A DNA stretch of 63,898 nucleotides, the filler included. It is 6 parts of 6 records of this genome, joined end to end, with 100 filler letters (N's around TTAATTAATTAA, not from the genome) between each part and the next. Parts side by side here need not be neighbours in the genome. Positions count along the whole stretch, not along the records: positions 51,456 to 60,698 come from SRR20825010_3327; positions 60,799 to 63,898 come from SRR20825010_3526; 4 more parts are not named here. One strand, given 5' to 3'. Position numbers and translations under genes: made by a program. Below are positions 56,466 to 63,898 of the stretch, one piece after another (positions within the stretch are counted from its first letter, which is position 1; each line of letters starts with the position of its first letter). The notes under the pieces were generated by a model that saw nothing but the letters and a program-made list of their open reading frames with translations, was not told the DNA's origin and searched no databases.

Positions 56466-57310
56466 GTTTCTGTGCGTCCTGTTGGATCGAGAAGATCGCG
56501 CAGCCAGTCGCCAAGCAGGTTCAGGCCGAGCACGGTGAAGAGAATTGCAAGCCCCGGAAAGACGCTGACCCACCATGCGTTTTGCAGATAGGTGCGCCCG
56601 TCAGCCAGCATGCCGCCCCAGCTCGGGATGGTCGGATCGACGCCGAGGCCGAGGAAGGTGAGCGAGCTTTCCAGAAGTATGTTGGTGGCGACGTTGAGCG
56701 TCATCAGAACGATGACGGGCCCGGCGAGATTCGGCAGAAGGTGCTGAAACAGGATCTTGAAATCCGGCACGCCGATGGCCTTGGCCGCATGGATGAACTC
56801 ACGGTCGTTGAGCGACAGGACGGAGCCGCGCACAAGGCGGGCATACTGAACCCATTGCGACACGATGAGCAGGATGATCGTGTTGGTGATGCCGCCGCCC
56901 ACAATGGCGATGAAGGTGATGGCAAGCAGGATGAAGGGAAGCGCGAGCTGCACGTCGGCAAAGCGCATGACGAGCATGTCCCAGAAGCCGCGATAATAGC
57001 CCGAGATCAGCCCCATGACGACACCGACCACCACGGCACCGGCAACGGAGGTGAAGCCGACCAGAAGCGAGATCTTGCCGCCAGTTATCACACGCGCCAG
57101 CACATCGCGGCCCAGCGGGTCGGTGCCCAGAATGTGCGCCCAGTCGGTGAACGGTTTTGTGAGACGTGCCGTCAGGTTGATCTGCTCACCGCCATCGGGA
57201 AAGAGCAGCGGTGAAAGCAGGACCAGAAGCGTCATCGTTCCGGCAAGAAGAATGCCCAGAATGAACTCGATGTTCTTGAAGTGACGCAAACGCGAAACAG
57301 CCTGTGCCAT
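56462..57310 (-). CDS. Peptide ABC permease (DppC/OppC-like)
   Basis: LGTDPLGRD, HLLPN, ESSLTFLG and PSWG motifs; ATG at 57310. Confidence 0.95.
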   Translation of the reverse strand: MAQAVSRLRHFKNIEFILGILLAGTMTLLVLLSPLLFPDGGEQINLTARLTKPFTDWAHILGTDPLGRDVLARVITGGKISLLVGFTSVAGAVVVGVVMGLISGYYRGFWDMLVMRFADVQLALPFILLAITFIAIVGGGITNTIILLIVSQWVQYARLVRGSVLSLNDREFIHAAKAIGVPDFKILFQHLLPNLAGPVIVLMTLNVATNILLESSLTFLGLGVDPTIPSWGGMLADGRTYLQNAWWVSVFPGLAILFTVLGLNLLGDWLRDLLDPTGRTET

Positions 57311-57323
57311 GATTGCGTCCTTT

Positions 57324-58247
57324 CTATCGGTTGCGGATGCGCGGATCGACCAGCCCATAGGCGATGTCGACCAAAAGGTTGACGCCGATGATGAGCAGCG
57401 AAAGCACGGTGATCACCGCCTGCAGGACCGGATAGTCGCGGCCCGCCACCGCATCGAAGGCGAGCGTGCCGAGGCCCGGCCAGTTGAACACCCGCTCGAT
57501 CACCACGATGCCGCCCAGAAGGCCGCCGAACTGGAGGCCGAAATAGGTGATCAGCGGAATGGCGCAGTTTCTGAGCGCATGCTTGTAGAGCACCTTGCTC
57601 TCGCTCAGGCCCTTGGCGCGGGCGACCTGGATATATTGCGAGCGCAGGGTTTCGAGCATGGCCGTGCGCACCAGGCGCACATTGGTGGCGGTGAGAATGA
57701 CGCCCATGGTGACCGCTGGCATGATGAAGCTGGCAAACCCGCTCATGCCTGATGGCGGCAGCCATTGCAGCATGATCGAGAACACCAGAACGAGCATGAT
57801 GGCGAGCCAGAAATTCGGGAAGGAAAGCCCGACCAGAGACAGGATGCGGATCACCTGATCTGCGGTCTTGCCCTTGTTGACCGCCGCGTGGATGCCAAGC
57901 GGAATGGAAATCGCAATAGACACCAGCATGGAGGAGAAGGCCAGTGCCAGCGTGGCCGGCAGGGCCTTGGAAATGAGCAGGGATACCGAGGTTCCACCAA
58001 GGAAGCTGCGGCCGAAATCGCCGACAAAAAGCCCTTTGATGAAATCCCAATACTGGGCGATGAACGGCTCGTTGAGGCCGAGCGCCTGACGGATATTCGC
58101 CAGATCCTCTTCCGTGACGCTGCCCGCACCCTGAGAAAGCATGAGCGCCGGATCACCGGTCAACCGGATGGCGAACGACACCGTGAGGGTGACGACGAAA
58201 ACGACGAACACCGCCTGCAGGATGCGTTTGAGAAGAAAACTGGCCAC
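57324..58247 (-). CDS. Peptide ABC permease (DppB/OppB-like)
   Basis: GDFGRS, PNFWL, ARAKGL, HALRN and DPRIR motifs; GTG 58247 with GGAGG RBS. Confidence 0.95.
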   Translation of the reverse strand: MASFLLKRILQAVFVVFVVTLTVSFAIRLTGDPALMLSQGAGSVTEEDLANIRQALGLNEPFIAQYWDFIKGLFVGDFGRSFLGGTSVSLLISKALPATLALAFSSMLVSIAISIPLGIHAAVNKGKTADQVIRILSLVGLSFPNFWLAIMLVLVFSIMLQWLPPSGMSGFASFIMPAVTMGVILTATNVRLVRTAMLETLRSQYIQVARAKGLSESKVLYKHALRNCAIPLITYFGLQFGGLLGGIVVIERVFNWPGLGTLAFDAVAGRDYPVLQAVITVLSLLIIGVNLLVDIAYGLVDPRIRNR

Positions 58248-58294
58248 CAGAGCCTCCGGGATAGGTTCTGCGCGCTCGCGCAAAGTTCACGGGC

Positions 58295-58320
58295 TCGGGG
58301 GCGGCGCGAGCCGCCCCCGA
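58295..58320 (-). terminator. Intercistronic GC-rich hairpin (11-bp perfect stem, 4-nt loop)
   Basis: TCGGGGGCGGC-GCGA-GCCGCCCCCGA between the binding-protein and permease genes. No U-tract, so it may be an mRNA stabiliser rather than a terminator. Confidence 0.6.
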
Positions 58321-58339
58321 CATCTATGTCCTGGGAGGA

Positions 58340-59869
58340 CTATTCGACTTCAACCTCGTTGAGGCGCATGCGGCTGTCCGGCGGCGCGATGAAGTTTTTC
58401 ACCCGCTTGTTGACGCCATAGAGCGCATTGAGGTTGTAGAGCGGCATTTCGAGAGCGCGGTCGGCTGCGTAAGCTGCGATTTCCTGCAGCACCTTCTCAC
58501 GCGCGTCGACGTCGATCATCGGGCGCTGCGATTCCAGAAGCGCATCGAGCTCCTTGTCGCTGTCATACGGGTTCCAGCGCTCGCCCGTGTGGTACATCAG
58601 GTAAGCGGTGTTGTCGTAGTCGAGCGTCCAGCCGCCCCAGCTTTGCTGGAACATTTCGCCGGTCTTGCCCTGCGGGATGATGTCGTTGAGCAGAACGTTG
58701 GTCTCGTACGGCTTGATGGTGGCGTTGAGGCCGACCATCTGCAGGTAGCTGGCAACCGCCTGGGTGACCTCACCGAAGGTGGCGTCATTGCCGCGAATGT
58801 CGATCTGGACCGGTGCGCCGGCAGCAACGCCCGCTTCCTTCAGAAGCTCCTTTGCCTTTGCCTGATCGAAGGGCAGCGGCTCCATCTCCGGGTCGTAACC
58901 GAAGGACAGTTCCGACTGGAAGGATGCGATCTGCTTGGCCTGACCGCCGAGAACGGCATCAATGATGGCCTTGCGATCCACGGCCATGATCATGGCCTTG
59001 CGCACGCGCTCATCGGCGGTGATGCCGTTGCCGGTGTTGAAGCGCAGGGCATAGACCGTCGGGCTGGTGACGGAGCGGATTTCGAGCTTCTCATCCGCCT
59101 CGATGGTGGGAACCATGGAGATCGGAATGGTCGGCGGGATGACGATGTCGACACGGCCGGCCTGCAGCTCGGCAACGGCGGTGGCAGGCTCCGAGATGAA
59201 GCGGTACTCGACGGCGTCGAGCTTCGGTGCGCCGCCCCAGTGATCGGCGAAGGCCTCAAGCTTCACGCCGACCTTCGGCTCGTAGGAGGTCATCTTGAAC
59301 GGGCCGGTGCCAACGGGATTTGCGTTGACGAAATCTTCCTCGTTTTCGGTGACGTATTTCGGCGGCACGATCATCGCGCCATAGCCGGCGAGCTTGGTGA
59401 TCAGCACCGGATCGGGCTGGGTGAGGATCAGATCGACGGTGAAATCGTCGATGACGTCGACCTTCTCGATCACGGCGTAGTTGGAACGCTGCGGGCCCTT
59501 CTTGCCTTCTTCGCCGAGCAGTCGGTCGAAGGTGAACTTCACGGCGTCGGCGTTGAAATCCTCGCCATTGTGGAACTTGACGCCTTCACGCAGCTTGAAG
59601 CGGAGACGCTTGCCCTCGTCGAGCACTTCCCACTCGGTGGCGAGGCCGGGGACGATCTTTGTATCGGGACTGCGATAGACCAGGCCATCATAGATGTTGG
59701 TGGCGACGGACGACCAGTTCACCAGGAAGGTGTCGATCGGATCCCAGCTGCCCGGGTCCTGCGGGGAAGAGATGGTGAGCGTGCCTGCGGCCTGGGCCGG
59801 CATGACGCCGAACGGCAGAGCCGCCAGCACGGCGGCGAGTAATGCGCCGCGTGTATTGCCGAGTTTCAT
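58340..59869 (-). CDS. Peptide ABC substrate-binding protein (family 5)
   Basis: Signal peptide (AQA-A); PGLATEW, LREGVKFHNGE, GTGPF and DERVRKA motifs. Confidence 0.95.
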   Translation of the reverse strand: MKLGNTRGALLAAVLAALPFGVMPAQAAGTLTISSPQDPGSWDPIDTFLVNWSSVATNIYDGLVYRSPDTKIVPGLATEWEVLDEGKRLRFKLREGVKFHNGEDFNADAVKFTFDRLLGEEGKKGPQRSNYAVIEKVDVIDDFTVDLILTQPDPVLITKLAGYGAMIVPPKYVTENEEDFVNANPVGTGPFKMTSYEPKVGVKLEAFADHWGGAPKLDAVEYRFISEPATAVAELQAGRVDIVIPPTIPISMVPTIEADEKLEIRSVTSPTVYALRFNTGNGITADERVRKAMIMAVDRKAIIDAVLGGQAKQIASFQSELSFGYDPEMEPLPFDQAKAKELLKEAGVAAGAPVQIDIRGNDATFGEVTQAVASYLQMVGLNATIKPYETNVLLNDIIPQGKTGEMFQQSWGGWTLDYDNTAYLMYHTGERWNPYDSDKELDALLESQRPMIDVDAREKVLQEIAAYAADRALEMPLYNLNALYGVNKRVKNFIAPPDSRMRLNEVEVE

Positions 59870-59909
59870 GGATAAGTCCTCCGTTTCTTTTGCGTTTGTG
59901 TTCCAGTGA

Positions 59910-60698
59910 TCAGCCCGTGGCGCTCTGCGCGACCAGATGGTCGGGCGCGATCTCCACCAGAGGCTGAATTTCGGGCTCGTCGCCGACCCTGCGGACAGGG
60001 CTCGGGATTTCGCCTTCGAGCATGGGCCGGTCGGGCCGCTTTGTCGGGTCGGCGATGGGAACCGCCGAGAGCAGTTTCTTCGTGTAGGGATGCGTGGCGC
60101 GCTCGAACACGGCCTCGCGCGAACCCGCCTCCACGATCTGCCCCAGATAGAGCACGGCGACGCGGTGGCTGACCTTCTCGACCACGGCCATGTCGTGGCT
60201 GATGAAGAGGTAGGACAGGCCTTCGTCAGCCTGCAGCTCCATCAAGAGATTGATGATCTGCGCCTGCACCGACACGTCGAGCGCGGACAGCGCCTCATCG
60301 GCGATGATGAGCTTGGGCCGCGAGGCAAGCGCGCGGGCGATGCAGATGCGCTGACGCTGGCCGCCGGAGAATTCATGCGGGTAACGGCGCGCATGCTCGG
60401 CCTTGAGGCCGACGCGCTCAAGCAGTTCATCCACGCGTTTCTGCCGGGCGGCGGCGCCTTCGATCAGGCCATGCGTGACGATGGGCTCTGCGATGGAGAA
60501 GCCCACCGTGCGGCGCGGATCGAGCGAGGCGAACGGGTCCTGGAAAACATACTGCACCTTCTGGCGCAGGCTGTGACGCTCGGCCGATGACATGGCGGAA
60601 ATCGCCTTGCCCTCAAAGAAAATCTCGCCGCCGGTCGCTTCCTGAAGCTGCTGGATGGTGCGGCCGATGGTGGACTTGCCGGAGCCGGACTCGCCGAC
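59910..60698 (-). CDS. Peptide ABC ATP-binding protein, 5'-truncated
   Basis: Frame is open from the contig edge ([10 protein letters not shown]); [16 protein letters not shown] and HPYT motifs. Confidence 0.93.
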   Translation of the reverse strand, partial: VGESGSGKSTIGRTIQQLQEATGGEIFFEGKAISAMSSAERHSLRQKVQYVFQDPFASLDPRRTVGFSIAEPIVTHGLIEGAAARQKRVDELLERVGLKAEHARRYPHEFSGGQRQRICIARALASRPKLIIADEALSALDVSVQAQIINLLMELQADEGLSYLFISHDMAVVEKVSHRVAVLYLGQIVEAGSREAVFERATHPYTKKLLSAVPIADPTKRPDRPMLEGEIPSPVRRVGDEPEIQPLVEIAPDHLVAQSATG

Positions 60699-60798
60699 NN
60701 NNNNNNNNNNNNNNNNNNNNNNNNNNNNNNNNNNNNNNNNNNTTAATTAATTAANNNNNNNNNNNNNNNNNNNNNNNNNNNNNNNNNNNNNNNNNNNN
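60699..60798. other. Artificial contig linker
   Basis: N run with TTAATTAATTAA. Confidence 0.99.
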
Positions 60799-60948
60799 CG
60801 CTCGCTCCCGCGCCAGATGCGACTGCGCCAGCGCGCGCAGCTCGTCATAGACCAGCGGCAGCAGCCGATCGGTCGCCGCCACATCACCGGCGTCCGACGC
60901 CTGCAAGACCGCGGTGATGTCCAGACCCCGCGGGGCGGGCGCACTCAT
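60799..60948 (-). CDS. ECF sigma factor, planctomycete TIGR02999-like, 3'-truncated
   Basis: IT..L....[18 protein letters not shown]-terminal motif. Confidence 0.85.
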
Positions 60949-61116
60949 GCCGCCATTGTGCCCGAATCACCAACCCAACTCAAGCCCGAACACACCACCT
61001 CCACCGACGCGCACACCCCGATTTCCGCAAAAACCTGCCAAACCGCCGGGCACCACGCCCGCCGACGTCGCGGTGTGCACAAAGAGACGACCCGAGCACG
61101 ACCAAAGGAGTCACCC

Positions 61117-63798
61117 ATGCACACGCCATCCACCAACCGCGCCGCCATCGCAGCCCTCCTCCTCGCCGCCGGCACAACCCCGGCCCTCGCCCAAGACGAG
61201 ATCCACTGGGAAGACCCGCTCTCCGCCGACTGGAGCTGCTTCCTCTGCTGGGACCCGGACGGCCCCCCCACCCCCGCCGACGCCGCGAACATCGCCGTGC
61301 CCGGCACCTACACCGTCACGCTCGACTCCAACGCGAGTATCGAGGGTTTGACAATGGACAACCCGGGCACCACGCTCGCGATGAACGGCCGAACCCTCTC
61401 CGTCCTGGCCACACAACAAGACAGCGGCGCCTACATCCGCGCCGGACTGCTCGACCTCCGCAACGCCTCGAGCATCGTCACACCCACCCTCGTCAGCCTT
61501 GGTGGCCCCGACGCCCTGCTGCACCTCCGCGCCTCCTCAGTCACCGCCGATGTGCTCGCCGCACTCAACGGCGCACAGATCAACATCCTCAGCGGCACAT
61601 GCACGCTCGACGCCGGATTCATGTCACTCAGCGGCGGCACCCTCGAGATCGACGACACCCTCCGACTCCTCATCGGCACCGAGGTCGACGGCGGCGGCGA
61701 CGGCGTCATCCGCATCAACCCCAACGCCACCCTCCGCGTCGGCGATCTCACACTCCAGGACCTCACCGTCGAGATGGACAGCAACGCCGAGATCCGCGGC
61801 CTCGCCGACACCGACATCCTTAGCATCGGCCCCACTACCCCCGCCACCGTCCGAGGCCAGGGCACCATCCACGATCTCGGGCTCGACATCGGACAACACG
61901 GCGTCATCGAGGCCAACACCGCCACGCTCACCATCGAGAACACACACACCGGCGGCCTCGTCAACCGCGGCACCCTCCGCGCGGGCCCCAACGCCCGACT
62001 GCACCTCGGCAACTCCGCTGTCAACAACACCGACGGCATCATCGAGGCCCTCGACGGTGCCGCCGTCACACTCGGCAACCAACCCATCTCCATTACCGGC
62101 GGCCAGCTCCACACCGAAGGCTCCGGCGTCATCCGCGACACCACCGCCAGCGGCCGAGTCCACCTCTCCGATCTCGCCATCACCGGGCACTACGACCTCG
62201 GCTCCAGCGGACACACAAGACTCAACGGCGTCGTCCAACTCACCGGCCTCATCACCGTCAACAACGGCACCACGCTCGAGTGCTCCGGCGATGTCCTCAT
62301 CCACGGCGCAGGCGAGATCCTCATGTCCGGGAACACACTGCTCAAAGGCACGAACACCGCCGACACACTCACCAACAACGATGTCCACATCCACGGAAGC
62401 GGCACGATCTCCACCTTTGGCACACTCACCAACCACGCCGTCATCGCCGCCGACACCGGGGGCACTCTCGGTGTCTCGGCCGGCTCGGGCAACACCATCA
62501 CCAACCGCGGCACGCTCCGCGCCGAGAACGGCGCAACGCTCACTCTCAAAGACAGCACGATCGACAACACCGACGGCACCATCGAGGCGCTCGACGGCTC
62601 CTCCGTCGCCCTCACCAACCAACCCCTCTCCATCGTCCGCGGCACACTCCGCACCGAAGGCTCCGGCACCATCACCGACGCTACCAACAGCGGGTCACTC
62701 TCGCTGACCGACCTCACCATCGACGGCCACTACGACCTCGGCTCCAGCGGCTACACCAAACTCCGCAACACCATCAACAACCGCGGCACCATCACCCTCA
62801 ACAACCCAAGCTGCATCCTCGAGTTCAACACCGGCGTGGTGCTCGAGGGCACAGGCGAGATCCTGCTCGGCCACAGCAGCTGCGATCTCAAGGGCGACGG
62901 CACCTCGGCCACGCTTACCAACAACACCAACACCATCCGAGGCACCGGCCTCATCAGCAACTTCGGCACCTTCACCAACCGCGGCAGCATCATCGCCGAC
63001 GCCCCCACCGCCCTCGTCATCAATCCGCCCGACTCCGGCGCACTCTTCGATAACCAGGGCACACTCCGCGCCGAGAGCCCCGCCGGGCTCAACATCCAAC
63101 GCGGCGGCTTTGTCACATCAGGACAGGTCTACATCGCCCCCGACGCCCTCCTCCAACGCTCAACCTCCAGCGCCTCCGACTTCCGACAAACCGCGGGCTC
63201 AACCACCGTCGACGGCGAGCTGCGCCTGCAGCCGGGCAACCAGCTCATCCTCGACGGCGGCGCACTCTCGGGCACCGGCACCATCACCGCCGATCTCGCC
63301 GCCAACGCCGGAACCGTCGCCCCCGGCGCGTCGGTCGGCACCCTCGCGATCACCCGCTCGGCCAACCTCGGCGCAGCCTGCACGCTCAGCATCGAAGCCG
63401 GCTCGCAAGCCGCGGACGCGCTCACCATCGGCGATATCGCCGCGCTCGACGGCACGTTGGTCGTCACCGCCGTCCCCGGCGACGAGCCGACCGTCGGCAC
63501 CGCATTCGAGATCATCACCGCCGCCGCCGTCAGCGGCCAGTTCGCCGACGTCGTCGCCACCGGCTTCTCCTTCAACCGCGCCGCTCAAGCCATCTATGAG
63601 TCCGACCGCGTCCTCGTCCGCATCACCCGCGCCTGCCCCGGAGACTGGACCGACGACGGCACCACCAACACGCTCGACCTCCTCGCGTTCCTCAACACCT
63701 GGAACACCGGAGACCCAAGCGCCGACCTCAACGCCGACGGCACCGTCAATACCCAGGACGTCCTCGCCTTCCTGAACGCGTGGACCGGGGGGTGCTGA
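61117..63798 (+). CDS. Secreted beta-helix/passenger-like repeat protein with C-terminal GC-type dockerin
   Basis: AAGGAG RBS and ATG 61117; signal peptide (ALA-Q); G/T/N-rich repeats; APGASVGTL; terminal CPGDW...DLNADG..D..AFL....GGC. Confidence 0.88.
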   Translation: MHTPSTNRAAIAALLLAAGTTPALAQDEIHWEDPLSADWSCFLCWDPDGPPTPADAANIAVPGTYTVTLDSNASIEGLTMDNPGTTLAMNGRTLSVLATQQDSGAYIRAGLLDLRNASSIVTPTLVSLGGPDALLHLRASSVTADVLAALNGAQINILSGTCTLDAGFMSLSGGTLEIDDTLRLLIGTEVDGGGDGVIRINPNATLRVGDLTLQDLTVEMDSNAEIRGLADTDILSIGPTTPATVRGQGTIHDLGLDIGQHGVIEANTATLTIENTHTGGLVNRGTLRAGPNARLHLGNSAVNNTDGIIEALDGAAVTLGNQPISITGGQLHTEGSGVIRDTTASGRVHLSDLAITGHYDLGSSGHTRLNGVVQLTGLITVNNGTTLECSGDVLIHGAGEILMSGNTLLKGTNTADTLTNNDVHIHGSGTISTFGTLTNHAVIAADTGGTLGVSAGSGNTITNRGTLRAENGATLTLKDSTIDNTDGTIEALDGSSVALTNQPLSIVRGTLRTEGSGTITDATNSGSLSLTDLTIDGHYDLGSSGYTKLRNTINNRGTITLNNPSCILEFNTGVVLEGTGEILLGHSSCDLKGDGTSATLTNNTNTIRGTGLISNFGTFTNRGSIIADAPTALVINPPDSGALFDNQGTLRAESPAGLNIQRGGFVTSGQVYIAPDALLQRSTSSASDFRQTAGSTTVDGELRLQPGNQLILDGGALSGTGTITADLAANAGTVAPGASVGTLAITRSANLGAACTLSIEAGSQAADALTIGDIAALDGTLVVTAVPGDEPTVGTAFEIITAAAVSGQFADVVATGFSFNRAAQAIYESDRVLVRITRACPGDWTDDGTTNTLDLLAFLNTWNTGDPSADLNADGTVNTQDVLAFLNAWTGGC

Positions 63799-63898
63799 AG
63801 CCGAGCCCGAATCGTCCTCGGCGCGCGCAACCGGCCCCCCGGCCGGTCCGCGTGCGCCCGAGCAGCGGCTTGTTGCCCAAACCCGGCTGCAAAGGGGG

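Noticed and set aside
55272-59842. Long plus-strand ORFs (439, 273 and 417 aa)
   Set aside because: Antisense shadows of the peptide ABC operon, caused by high-GC codon bias.
60817-61116. 100-aa N-terminal extension of the contig-6 protein
   Set aside because: It overlaps the divergent ECF gene; the RBS and signal peptide point to ATG 61117.
61431-63775. Ser/Pro/Thr-rich and His/Arg-rich alternative-frame ORFs
   Set aside because: By-products of the extreme C-ending codon usage of the real gene.

Overview
The window is not one locus. It is six unrelated contigs joined by five 100-nt N-linkers, each carrying TTAATTAATTAA (stops in all six frames), so gene context only counts within a contig. 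Taxon labels are inferred from protein style and composition. (1) 1-4857, alphaproteobacterial: ABC-2 permease, FAD-linked D-lactate dehydrogenase-like oxidase, thioesterase, ClC transporter, partial uvrD. (2) 4958-9456, Rhodobacteraceae-like: DUF1992 protein, SAM methyltransferase, SRAP protein, partial acyl-CoA synthetase. (3) 9557-39959, Rhodopirellula-like planctomycete: a 656-aa unknown protein, an M16 peptidase pair, miaB, an MMPL transporter coupled to a 1012-aa secretin-N-domain protein with no recognisable secretin barrel, a redoxin plus sugar ABC genes, HtrA, an 1827-aa cadherin/dockerin surface protein, RecQ, hisH, a Tat-type TIM-barrel isomerase, an SBF symporter and several REP/MITE-like repeats. 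(4) 40060-51355, Alcanivorax-like gammaproteobacterium: BaeSR-like two-component system, PduO plus TonB receptor, panE, REC-degenerate GGDEF protein, ampG, ATL, SDR, HugZ-like protein, and groES-groEL preceded by both a sigma32 promoter and a perfect CIRCE. (5) 51456-60698, Rhizobiales-like: branched-chain-type ABC genes, LysR, DUF983, and a peptide ABC operon ending in an M14 peptidase. (6) 60799-63898, Phycisphaerales-like: an ECF sigma fragment and a secreted repeat protein with a C-terminal GC-type dockerin. I found no rRNA, tRNA, CRISPR array or transposase. The best candidate for an undescribed system is the barrel-less secretin-N protein, TPR-bearing MMPL and small membrane protein unit at 16181-22404. 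Family names are recognised from motifs by eye; no database search was run.
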